Assembly: GCA_038496445.1 (NCBI GenBank)
Contig: JALMLS010000310.1
Location: forward strand, 186,001-250,000
From: Trichosphaerium sp. ATCC 40318
Taxonomy: Eukaryota > Protista > Tubulinea
Reading direction: 5' to 3'
Length of the DNA: 64,000 nt
Position numbers and translations under genes: made by a program. Each line of letters opens with the position of its first letter. Positions within the stretch are counted from its first letter, which is position 1. Below the pieces are notes generated by a model. That model saw nothing but the letters and a program-made list of their open reading frames with translations. It was not told where the DNA came from and searched no databases. Below are positions 52,515-64,000 of the stretch, in pieces.

Positions 52515-53796
52515 ATGGAACGTGCAACCGTTATTTTGCGTCACTTGGCGCCAGAAGAAGGAGTTACGTACATCAGAGCACCAACTGCATCAAGCCGCTA
52601 CTTAGACACAATAAAAGCGTGCGAAAAGGAGTTGTGGGAGTTTGTAGATAGCGTAAACTGTAATCCCATCCTTCTTAGACTCGCTTGGCACGATGCAGGT
52701 AATTCTAAAGCTACCATCCTCATATGCGTCTAATAGCATTATTAAAGGAACCTACAACAAAAACATAAGCGAATGGCCGAAATGTGGCGGTGCAAACGGT
52801 AAAGCGACTACAAACCGCGCAAACTCGCTCTCTTACGCTATTATAGGCTCTATCCGATTTGAACCGGAAATTAACCACGGCGCTAACGCAGGTTTGAGCA
52901 AGGTGCGCTAAGAAAGCTCTTTGTATTCTAACGCGTTACCTAAAGGCATTGCGATACCTCACACCGTTTAAAGAGAAATACCCTTCAATTTCATGGGCAG
53001 ATCTCATCCAACTTGGCGGAAAAGTAGCAGTTGAACACTCCGGTGCTGGTAAGGTACCAATGCGTTTCGGAAGAAAGGATGCCCGAGGACCAAACGATTG
53101 CCCTCCAGAAGGTACTTTTTAATACCAACTGTATCACGTGACATGAAGAATCCGTCATGAGTTCAGGAGAATTTTTTTTTCATGTATTTTCGAACTACGA
53201 GTTTTGTTTATTCTGGTTTTTAGGCAATCTTCCTGACGCTGAACCTCCATTCCCTGCTGGCGCAAAAAATGCCGCTGAACACTTACGTAATGTTTTCTAT
53301 CGCATGGGATTTAACGATAGAGAGATTGTCGCATTATCTGGTGCACATACAATCGGACGGGCATTTAAAGAGCGTAGCGGGTATTTATTGCACTTCTTTC
53401 AAACATTGTCAGTGATTTACTCTTATTTAGACTTGTAAAGCAAGGATACGGTGCTCAGAACGCTACACCATACACCAAGTACGTATTGTTGATTGCCAAG
53501 TATTATACTCACGCTTTTTTTGTAGACCTACCCACTGTGCTCGTGCTGATGGTAAGAATGGTGTTGGTATGCCAGGTGGTGCTTCTTGGACTAAGAAATG
53601 GTTGAAATTCGATAATGAATATTTTACCCAAACAGATTACAAACATAAAGCTTGGTTCGCTACTGATGATGCTACACGCACGGACAATAGCTTTGGCAAG
53701 CATTTTCAAGAGTTTAGACAAGATGGTGAGCTGTTTAAGCGTGAATTCATAAAAGCTTTTGTAAAGCTCTCAGAGTGTGGCGCACAGTTCGAATAA
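52515..53796 (+). CDS. Class I heme peroxidase, ascorbate peroxidase type
   Basis: [12 protein letters not shown] (distal Arg/Trp/His), [39 protein letters not shown] (proximal His and ascorbate-binding Arg), [14 protein letters not shown]. Confidence 0.92.
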
Positions 53797-53927
53797 AAAC
53801 GTTATTTGCTGGACCACTTTACTCTTCTAATAGTTCGCCCTGTCGAAGCCAAAGAAAGTGTAAAATGACAAAGTTTGGGTCTACATTAAGGTTGGTTACT
53901 TCATTTTTTTTTATACTGTACAAGGTG

Positions 53928-54257
53928 TTATGTTTTTGGTGTAACTTTGTAGATTCGTATTAGGTGTGCTGAATTTACTAGTTTTCCGTTCTTCGCTACA
54001 GTTTCCCAGTTTATGTCATCAGCCATTTCGTATGTATCTACTTCATCATTTAAAGCTTCATGTTCTTTTTCCTTGCCTGGTATGGCATCACCGTCCTCGT
54101 CCATGAATTTGTCCTGTGTATATCGTCAAACTAGTGCCATACGTGCAATTTAGAATGTAGAACGCGCCACTTCATCTATATTACGTAGTGCTGCCAATTT
54201 TTCTTTGCCCTTTAATTCTCTGCGCGTTGTTGGTTTCGCTCGTACATAAGTACGCAT
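53928..54257 (-). CDS. Small charged hypothetical protein
   Basis: Two spliceable exons MRTYVRAKPTTRRELKGKEKLAALRNIDE / DKFMDEDGDAIPGKEKEHEALND...; no family recognised. Confidence 0.35.
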
Positions 54258-54399
54258 GCTACAGTTTCTGTTGACATTTCTTGCTGCAAACGCCCTAAAC
54301 ATACCGAACTGGTATAGTTACTCCTTGTGTGCTATTAAAACCGAAACGTTGAGTTTTTTTAAGCGTTTACATTGGTAGACCATCCAACGCCCTTAGGTG

Positions 54400-55767
54400 A
54401 TGCGGGTGACAACTATTTGCGTAGTGCTGTCTCTAGCGCTTGTATGCCTGGCTGCTTATGAAGAATTTACAAGTGACAAACTTACGCTTGTCGATTCAGA
54501 TACAGGTAGTGCCCAAGTTCTATTTCTGGCCATTTACTGGCGTTGTAGGTGATTATGGTACTATATCAGTACTAGATCATAAAGAAAAGAGGCTGCGCAT
54601 TATGAGGTATTACAGAGTGCGCTAGTCGTTATCCTAAGTGGTTTAGAGCCGAGAATTCCATAATTGGAGGCGAATGGCTTGGCTACGGTAGCATTCAACC
54701 TATGCACACAGTTTTCGAAATAATGGCTTTCGTACGCTATGCCATACCTATAGAATCCGTTCTACAACTGTACTGAAAACAACCAAAAATTGTTTGCTTA
54801 CTTTACGCGATAGAGGCCTAGGCGTAGGTTCAGTACCAATGCTGCTTCAACAAATAGCAGAAAGAGGCGAAATAAAGCCTCTAAAACGTATTGATGTTGT
54901 GGAAATAGACGAAATCGTTGCAACTTATGCCCAACAGTATTTTTCGTTTAACATCAAAACACCTGAAGGAACAACACATGTACAAGATGGAAAAGAGTTT
55001 ATATTTTCTGATTATGCAAAAGACTTACGCTATGATGTAATTGTACATGGTACGTTACCGCTGTTCATTTCAAAATGACATTTCATTTTTTGACATGTGT
55101 CACATTTTTTTAACTCTTTTTTTTTCTTTAGATGTATTTAGTGATGGACCTGATACAAAACACATGGGTGAAAAGGAAGTATTTGAGCGCATAAAAGAGT
55201 TGTTAGCGCCACATGGAGTGTTTATTTATGTACGAAGTTTTTTTTCACATATTTTTTTCTCGATACAGTTGCACCTGATTACAGCTATACAATGTTTTAT
55301 TAGTTGCTCATATGTTACGGTATTACGCAAAATTAGTTTTAATTTTTTTAGAATGTTCTAAGTTCAGATAATGAAGAATTATCAGATCGTAGTAAAACTG
55401 GCTTTTGTTCTCTCCGTGATATCTTCCCCAAGATACGATGCTTTAGAGATGGCGCATTTGAGGGTCCTGTTGAAATTTATAACATGGTGAGTAACAGTTC
55501 TCGCTGTCATTCAAAACAGCTCTGATTTGTTTTCTGTAGATGTGCTTCTGCTCATTACATGACGTTGTGTTTGATATGCCAGATCGTGGAGAAGACTTAG
55601 AGCCATATACGTTCGAATGGCTTGAAGTTCAATTCGAAACTTGGGAGATATTTAACTCTGACACAACAAAAAAAGAAATTTGTATAGATGTACCTACAGA
55701 GCTTCAAGGAGGTGAACAAATCAGCAAGCTCGCTTGGGAAAACGCTAAAAGTTTAATAACTGGTTAA
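54400..55767 (+). CDS. Spermidine-synthase-like SAM-dependent methyltransferase with signal peptide
   Basis: MRVTTICVVLSLALVCLA; VLQLGLGVGSVP (motif I), IDVVEID, VQDG..FI, YDVIVHDVFS, LLAPHGVF. Confidence 0.8.
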
Positions 55768-56540
55768 CAAAATAAGGGGGCTACTTACCTAGGATATGCC
55801 ATAGCGGTTTTCGGTTTCACAAACCGTAAAGGAGATGATTAAAAACTGTCACTGAACATCTGACTTTTGTTACGTGAACGAATTTAACTGGCAAATTTTT
55901 TTCGCGTATTGTTTTTAAGGTGGCTCAAAATTCTTAACTATTCAAAAAGCGGGCTTGTCACAAATGGCAACTTCTAAAGACACATTTGCATTAACATGTC
56001 ACGCTTATTATATACAGCATTCTGACAGTCTAGGTGAGTTTTACGCTGAAATCTGTTTTTAGCGCCAGGTTTTGTAGAATGTACTCGCAAGCAATTGAAT
56101 AACACTTTCACTAGACTATGAGCTTCCTGGAAGCAAAAAGGATGATTTAGCTGTTCTTCCAACACATCTTGAAAGAAACGTAACCAGAGCAGCTACTGAG
56201 GACTTTAAATTAACGATTAAAAACGGTCAAATCAAAAAGTGCGAAAGGCTGGCTTGGGACTGCGGCTCGCCCCCTGAAGGCTTTACAGCACCTTTAAAAT
56301 GGACAGGAACATACACTCCAGGCGGAGAGTTCTCCATAAACCTCAAGCAAAGCGGTTCTAGCTCTACATTCTCAGGAGTGTTCAAATTACCTTGCTCCAT
56401 ATCAGGAATCGTCAATAGCGCGTCAGGAGAACAAATGGGTGCGTTGATTGTGTTCCCAGCCGTTTGAAAGCCCAAAAACGGAACTTTGCTCAGCGCTTCT
56501 AATATATGCTTAAGGGCGCCTTGACATCTACGTTAAATCA

Positions 56541-57382
56541 ATGGAAGTTTACAAAGCTGCAATGAAACAGTGGAGGCTAACAAAAGATGCTGAAATTGCT
56601 GCTTCTTACAAAGCAATGTCGAAAGGAGAATCAGTTGATTTTCTTGCTGTCCTTCCGGTTGATGTACTTCTAAATATAATAGAAGAGTTGCCTACGTCAA
56701 CACTACTATCTACATTATCTAGAGTATGTAAAAGCTTGAAACAAGTCATTGATTTGGATTACGTGTGGCATCCTATTTTCCTTCGCGATTTCGGACCTGG
56801 AAAGTCGATGCTTAGATACCTTGATCCATCTGACAAAATGAAACCCAAGTCTTTGTCTTGGAGAGAATGGGTTTGCACTCTTCACAAGGGTAATTTCTCT
56901 AAGAAAATAAAATCCAGACTTGTTGTAGCACCAGGTATGTATCTGAAGAATTGTATCACGTGATTTTGACAATTTATTTAGGAGTTTACGTTCTGGAGGG
57001 ATTCACAAAAAATGCATCTCGAGGAAATGTGACACGTGGTAGATCTGTTACTGATATTATCAAAGAAGAGAGTACTAGCACTCTAAAGACTAAGCTTTCT
57101 GGGGGTGGGTTCATTTTTAAAGGTAAAGGTGCCTATATGGCTGGAACACAATGGGGAGAGGGTCAGACTTCGCTTTGGGATGGTAAAATACAAAGGAGGG
57201 GAACCACCAACAAAATAAGTTTTACGGAAACTTTTGGACCTTCTAGTACGTTCTTTTACTCTGGTGTTATAGTGTCACCTTATTTGATAACTGGGTCATA
57301 CTGGGGCGGAACTAAGGCTGTTGGGAATCATACTGGAACTTTTGAATTCCGTGTTGTTGGGTACACAGGGTTTCAATATTAA
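56541..57382 (+). CDS. F-box protein
   Basis: DFLAVLPVDVLLNIIEEL...LSRVCKSLKQVIDLDYVW; one intron (about 56935-56981); beta-rich C-terminal domain. Confidence 0.8.
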
Positions 57383-58102
57383 AATAAAGTTGTTTGATTT
57401 AGTTGAACAAAAATTGATGTAGTTCTGTCTTGCGTGGTTAGCCCTTTCTATTCGCCAACAAAGTTGTTGTTAAACCGTGTTTGTACATGTTGCATGGAGT
57501 GGCCTAAGTCCAGTTAAGTCAGCATCTACGTTTTGATAACAGAAAAAGTACTTCGATCATAGTGTTAAAGTAACAGCCGTATTTCGCCTCTTCGCAAAGT
57601 AATTACGTATAGCTAGCACCATGTGATGCCTTCCGGGTGTTCATTCCATTCATCTTCAAAACACTTTGGTACAGATGAAGGTATAGCAGCACTTTCTAGA
57701 GTTCATCTAAGTACTTACTATTAAGCTGATAATTTTCAGTTTGATCTACCAAAATATGGTATCCAATGTCTTCAAGTTTTACAGCAAAGTGTAACAACGA
57801 CAAAGTCCAAATACAAATGTAAGTGTAAAGAAAGAGAAAATGGGCCAGCAAATGAAACGTCAAAGTGAGATTAAAGAAACTACTTTTTGACAACTAGTGT
57901 TATCAATATGTTTCTAGACAGTAGCGTTAAGTATTCCTACGGGTGCTTGTACAACTACTTCGTGTATAGTTATTATGTGGACAGATTTGGATGTGCCTTA
58001 ATGAAAGCGTTTGTTTTTAATCAGAACTTCCCTTGCCGTTATACAACTTTGGTTGTTTTATTGAAGGCAGTGTTATTTATATACACCATCACGTGATTTA
58101 AA

Positions 58103-61100
58103 ATGTTTCGAATACACTTTATACTCACCGTATTATCGTTTATCAGTATTTCTGTATCGTCAGCACCAACCCTAGACATTTCATTTGATGATTTATTACA
58201 AGGAGAACGTGTGCGTATTGTATTAATAACTATTCTCTTTTTTGCCAAGTTATTCGCTTCTGACGCCTTTATAGCCTGCTCAGTACTTCAATGGTATAGT
58301 TATGATCTTTTTACACCGATTCAATTGTTTTTTAGGTGGTTTCGGTTCTCTTGGATCAGGTCCTGGCCCTGAGTTAGCGATATCATTTTTTAGTGGTGTT
58401 GTAGAAGTTAAAAATGACACGTGTGGAACAAGTAGAAAGGTGTTGAAGTTAGAGCAATCGCAAGGTATATTTCTACTTGGTGAAGCATTTTTTGGAGATG
58501 TTACGGTAAACATGATGAACACGAGTACGCACGAAGCAAGTTTGTTTGTACCTTCTTTTTTTTTTTTTCTTTGCTTTGTTTGAGAAGAACTGAGCGTTTG
58601 CTCTTCATTATATGTGTTCAACGGAAGAGAAGATAAAAAAGATCTCACATTAGGTGTCAGTTTACCCACGTGTTTTATTTAGATTCTTCGCAAGGAAGAC
58701 TAGAATTTTATCCAAGCGTAACGCCATCTGAAGCGAAGACAATATGGCCAAGTTCTGGAAGTTTTTCTGAAGGTTGCTTTGAGGAAGCCATCGAGAATAA
58801 CTTAGTTCTTCGTTCTGCAAGGTATATTGGCAGTGAAGGGACAGGATATTTGATATCACTACGGGCAGGTCTCTACGCTTTGCAAACAAAAACATTGAGA
58901 AAAAATCTAACTTATTTTTTGCCAGCTACAAAATTCGAAACTTCTTGTGTCGGAGTACCTCCAAGTATACCATCAAGGACGATTCTAAACTTTAGTGGAT
59001 TAAAAGAAAGCGAAAGCATTGAGGACTATTTTTCAGGAGGTTTTGGATCTCGTAACTCTGGACCAGGACCTTCCGTTGACTTACTGTAATGCCAGGTATT
59101 TTTTTGCCTGTCAAAGTTCTTACGTTTTTTACAAGGTTCTCGGATGAACAGGCAATATCTAGATCGTCTCAAGTAATGCCTAATCTAATATGCAATTGCA
59201 GTAGTGCTTCTTTCGGGTCATCGATGGCATACACTATAATAGGAAATGAAAAACAAGTCACAGTAACTTACACTGGTAACAAAACGATAAAATCGGTGCG
59301 AATGTATGCCGAAAGGTACATGTCATGTTCACCTCTTTTTGGTGTTTTCATTCAAACTACGTTAATAACCATTTTTTTGCTAATTGGATACTAGCGGTGC
59401 TACATCTCAAAGATGTACTACAGTTGATATCCCACTTCAGAACGAAAATAATAATACTCAGTTTTTTCTCGGAAATAAATCACCTGAAGCTATGCTTATT
59501 ATTTCTGCCCTTATTATCGATTTTGAACCATTCCCTGGGCTTGCTTCGCCAAAAACTTCCAATAGTACGAAGGCCTAGATTTTCTTTCTAGTGGCATGTT
59601 GGCCGTCAAGGCGCACCAAGATAGATTGTGGAGCTGATTTTTATTTTCAGGAATTCTGATCTGGGTAGTTGTGGGTATAATCTTGTTTATCTTTCTTCTG
59701 TCTATCATCATATTATCCATCTGGTTACTCAAGCTAAGGAATATACCAAAAAAAGAAAAGGCGTCAGGTGAAGTCATCAATATGATACCTCCTACAGTGC
59801 TTCCTCCAGGAGCTACTGATGGAGACAGCGAAGATGAAGAATCAAAAAAGAATACAAGCCACGATGACGAAGAGGCAACACAAACTATTGCTGTAATAAG
59901 AGATTCACAACGTAAAAGCGTTTTTATACCGGCATCGTATATGACATCAGAATATACACTCAGAGTAATCAAGCCACCAGACTTGAAAGTTGGAAAGCAG
60001 ATAGGTAAAAAACTAGAAAAAAAATTACCTCCTTTTTTAAACACTCAGCGTTGTTTTAGGTGAAGGTGCCTTTGGTGAAGTTCTGAAAGGAACTTACAAG
60101 CATCATAAAGTAGCTATTAAGCGACCTAAAAGATTTTCACAAGCTGACTTTGCACAGTTCTGTGCAGAGGTGAGATAAACTGTTTTGTTGATTGCTGAGA
60201 ACTAACGTTCTTGTCTAAGGTGTCAATTTTGTCAAATCTGCCTGTGCACAAGAACGTTACTCAAACAGCAGGTATATGTTTCAAGGATGGTCCACCACTA
60301 TTGATTCTTGAATACATTCCTGATGGAACATTGAAAGACCTATACAGAGAAAAAGAAACACACTTTACAAAGCAAGAATTAGAACCTTACATACGTGGCA
60401 TTATTGATGGTATGATCTTCTTGCACGTGAACAATGTACTGCTTTAGTTGAATTAATCCAGTTTTTAACTTATTGGTTAAGGTTATACATAGAGACCTGG
60501 CGTGCCGTAATGTTTTGGTATGAGAAAAAGTTAAACTTTTCTTTTCCTTATTTTTTTCTTTCTTTCAGCTTAAAGGCAATATTCCTAAAATATGTGACTT
60601 CGGCATGTCAAGGTAACATAAAGTACCAGCTGTATAAATAATTCTAAATTGTTTCAAGGCAAGACTCAAGGAACTTAAACCAAACAGTTAGCTCCAGAGG
60701 ACCAGTGAGGTATACAACCACAAACTGTTTTATAACTTAGAATCCATGTTTAGGTGGATGGCTCCTGAATGTATTTCTCGAAGAGAATATAGCACTGCAA
60801 GCGATGTACGGACCACAAAATTTACTAGTAAAAACCTCGAACATATACTGAAAAACCTTTCAAATGAATCACGTGATTTGTTTTAACAAGTTGAATAGGT
60901 TTGGGCGTTTGCAATAACTCTTTGGGAGTTACTTCATAGAGATGGAAAACCATACGGCAGAAATAGAAGTACACATGCGATAGCTATCGCTATAAGAGAT
61001 GGAGAAGCTGGTCCTGAGATAATGCGTAATGGTATACCAGTGTTTAAAGATATTATGAAGCAATGTTGGAAGGTTGATCCTAAACAAAGACCTTCTTTTG

Positions 61101-61144
61101 AAATGCTGAGAGACATGCTTGATGAAAAAGAGTTGTTTAAATAA
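58103..61144 (+). CDS. Receptor tyrosine kinase (signal peptide, duplicated ectodomain, TM, TK/TKL domain)
   Basis: TM WVVVGIILFIFLLSIIILSIWLL; GEGAFGEV, VAIK, IHRDLACRNVL, ICDFGMSR, GPVRWMAPE, SDVWAF (tyrosine-kinase-type catalytic and P+1 loops). Confidence 0.88.
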
Positions 61145-61186
61145 ATAAAAATCACGTATCTTTCATCGTGTAAGTACTCAATGGCA

Positions 61187-61429
61187 TTAACCTACCTGAC
61201 AAGCCTTTTGTCGAAAATATGCCACATTTGTGGATCTTTTTTTGTCGATAATCCGTGCAAGTTCCCATGGGTTGTCTGCCGTTAAGTTTTTGTATTGGCA
61301 ATTGAACTGAACTGGCTTTAGCCGCGTAGAAAAAGAAGAAACTACGGATAATCTTATTTTTGCTTGTATTTGTTCATCACTATGAGCATTCAGTACATTG
61401 TAACCATCAAAAAATATTAACCTAATCAA
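61187..61429 (-). other. Possible NYN/YacP-like fragment
   Basis: LIFFDGYNV and later TAD resemble YacP-type NYN motifs; no convincing full gene model. Confidence 0.3.
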
Positions 61430-62104
61430 AAATCCAGGTCAATTCCAACTGTCCTAGTACATTTTCTGGTCGTTGCACGAAACCTTTGCATAAACTGATC
61501 ATGTTGATCCTCTTGCTGTTATTGTCGCTTTAAAATATAAATGAAAGACACCATTCGCACTAAAAAGTCAGCACCTTTCTTGAAATACATTTAGTGCTTA
61601 CGCCAAGTACATTGCAAGATGAGCCGCTTGATGGCTCGTCTTTCAGAGTTCTTTTTCACCGGAAGGATCAGGACAAAGCCGTAAGTGAATTCATCTAATA
61701 TTACAATCGAATAATGCCTCCTATGCGCTCTATACAACTATTTTATCATTTAGAAACCCTTCTAAGCGTTTTTGGGCTTCACTAACCGCTTTTACTGTAT
61801 AACCTATTAAAACAAGCCATAATAGTCGTTTCTACGCGTCGCGGTATATCTGCGCGAATCACAGCGTTATCTAATTTACTTTTATAAATAATTCAAACGT
61901 CACACTCAAAAATGTATCTAAACACTATTTAGTGCGCTTCCTAAGCTACCAGCTGCATATTGCTACTTTGGTTTTCATGGCGCTCCAAAAAGTACCGATA
62001 CGGTCTCTTGCATCTGTAAACACACTTTCCCAGCATTTGAAGGTCTAAAATGGTACACAAAACAACCATACGGTGCTTGCTACGCACCTGGGTGCCCAGA
62101 CAGA

Positions 62105-62497
62105 ATGTACTTGAATAACCTTACAAAAACATATGCGCACGCCAGAGTACTTGCTAGAGAGGCTATGCTTGCCGATGGTGACTATTATGGAAGCAAAGAA
62201 GTAGGAAGGGAGATATTCTTATTATGTGCTCAGAAAGGTGATCCTTCTATTAAAATAACAACAAATATAACAGGTCGTGTTGGTGCAATGCTAGAAGAAC
62301 AAAAACAAATGAGTCTAAGTGATAAACTGGTAAACGAAAACCCCTTGTTAAACACAGCAAAACAGAATGCAATTGATTATATTAATAATCCAAAGGCACC
62401 TTTAAGTACAAATAATAAACCTCCATTGAAAAGTAATCCTACTACTAAACGTAGGAGGAAAAAAAGGAGAAAAATTTACCATCCAGATCACAAGTGA
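62105..62497 (+). CDS. Hypothetical protein with basic C-terminal NLS-like tail
   Basis: 130-aa ORF ending KRRRKKRRKIYHPDHK, followed by AATAAA. Confidence 0.45.
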   Translation: MYLNNLTKTYAHARVLAREAMLADGDYYGSKEVGREIFLLCAQKGDPSIKITTNITGRVGAMLEEQKQMSLSDKLVNENPLLNTAKQNAIDYINNPKAPLSTNNKPPLKSNPTTKRRRKKRRKIYHPDHK

Positions 62498-62856
62498 AGT
62501 GTAAAACAAACAATAAACAGCTGTACAATAATTAAATCTAAGTCACTATAAAGTCTCATGTTACTTTCGATTACTATGTACCCACAATGTTACTGTAGCG
62601 GAATGTTATAACTGTAGCGTGTTCCCAGTGTTCACATCTATAAACATTGTAGAGAATAGCAGTTTGTCTTCGCTTGACAAGTACAGCATACCGTCATCAG
62701 TCCTACAAGGTATCATTGTCCTTGAACCTGTGAGTGTCATAAACTCAGTGTCATTTAACACGTGTAAAAAGAAAGAAACAAGTAGGAACGTGACGTTTCT
62801 TTGAATGACAAATGAATAAATAACGAACTTAACAGCCTATTAATTAAATAAACAAC

Positions 62857-63150
62857 ATGATTCGCAGCGCACTCACTATAAACAATCGAATAGCCAATCC
62901 TAGACGCTATTTAACTCAGTTTAATCGTTTTAAAACAACAGGACCGAGTAAAACCCTAAAATATAGCCTGGCGTTCATAATAGGTAATGTACTGCTATTA
63001 GAAACATTTGTATGGGGTACTGCGTACATAAAATACAACAAAGAACAAGAAGCGGAAATAGACGTAGAAACAACTTCAACAGCTACATCAATGCCCACAG
63101 AGGATACAAATGATGTCTGTGAAGTGCCGATATCAACTTCAACGACTTAA
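62857..63150 (+). CDS. Small single-TM protein with mitochondrial-presequence-like N-terminus
   Basis: Arg-rich, acid-free N-terminus MIRSALTINNRIANPRRYLTQFNRF, one hydrophobic segment, acidic tail. Confidence 0.45.
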   Translation: MIRSALTINNRIANPRRYLTQFNRFKTTGPSKTLKYSLAFIIGNVLLLETFVWGTAYIKYNKEQEAEIDVETTSTATSMPTEDTNDVCEVPISTSTT

Positions 63151-64000
63151 CACGGAGCACCATCAGGAATACATAGAGCACCAACAAAACCTTGTACAAA
63201 ACCATATCTATACATAAAAATAAAAAAGAGTAAGAAGAACTATGCAAATCTGTCCCACTTGTTATTTCATTAGCCTTCACTGAACACCGAGTTCTTTTTG
63301 TCACTGTTTCAATAATAAAGCACTTAACTTCGCATCCGGCATCAAAGTACTTGATCATTTTGTCCTTATGGCTGATACGAGTTGCACCCGAACTCCAACT
63401 CAACCATAAAAGGGTGCAAAGGTTAAGTTTTAGTGTACGACTTTTAATGACAAGTGCACAATGTTCGGCAAAACACTTTTTGTATTCAAAAGACCTTTGA
63501 ATGTACTGGAGTCTAAATACCTATTATTTGCATCTCATGAAGCTGTTGCAAAAGTCATAGAATAGTTCACCCAACATGCATTGCCGTAAAAGCTGATGTC
63601 TCCTGAGTCCATACCAATACTTGCAACTGTTGGCATGAGAGGACACCCAATGAAGCGAAAAACAGTATACTGTCTAAGTATGTTGGAGATCTTTTAATGT
63701 ACTTAGATCTCTGTTTAATGACTCAAGTTGTTTTTGATGATAATATTGTCACTGTGGCGTAAATCAAGTGTTTCTTTTATATAATGCCTGAGCTATATGA
63801 TATGTCTCAAGTAAGTGGTTTCTTGCTCCATGATATAAGCGACAGCTTCAATTGAAGGAATCAGTACAAATTCCTATGCTAATGGTAGTACACGAATTAG
63901 GTATTTTTGACAACTCCTGATTTTTCAGAAAACACTATCAACGAACTTAGATTTCATTCCTAGAATATACAAATGACAAACTTCAGATATGTCATGCTGA

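Noticed and set aside
55781-55910. TACTTACCT resembling the U1 snRNA 5' end
   Set aside because: No U1-70K (GATCA) or U1A (ATTGCAC) loops or matching stems; more simply the reverse complement of a splice donor AGGTAAGT.
55800-56475. Minus-strand ORFs 55974..56165 and 56227..56475
   Set aside because: Could be exons of a real gene, but no consistent splice model or homology is recognisable.
63150-64000. LRR-like pseudogene fragments on the minus strand
   Set aside because: Too degenerate and cut by the window edge.

Overview
AT-rich (about one-third GC), gene-dense eukaryotic nuclear DNA with many short (about 40-60 nt) spliceosomal introns, so the ORF track shows only exon fragments. The gene content (ABP120/filamin-type actin cross-linker, receptor tyrosine kinase, Cys-rich surface proteins, LOV protein) suggests a free-living amoeboid protist, probably Amoebozoa (inference). 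Recognisable genes: GNAT acetyltransferase, tRNA-Asn, a LOV-SAM-(PB1)-PAS photoreceptor, DPM1, NOP56, an F-box/MORN_2 protein, C-type-lectin-like surface proteins, a filamin-like protein with a C-terminal transmembrane anchor, a C2/WWE protein, a catalytically dead eIF4A-like protein, a UNC-93-like MFS transporter, a dermatopontin-like protein, a plastid-type ascorbate peroxidase with a PTS2-like N-terminus, a spermidine-synthase-like methyltransferase, an F-box protein and a receptor tyrosine kinase. Unexplained structure: three dispersed copies of a ~2.3 kb cassette (decayed LRR gene + intact intronless PAN-PLAT gene), a ~300 bp inverted-repeat element, a multi-hairpin element with apparent LSU rRNA complementarity in an unusually long intron, and strong over-representation of CACGTG in introns and intergenic DNA. 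All gene models were spliced by eye, so boundaries are approximate.
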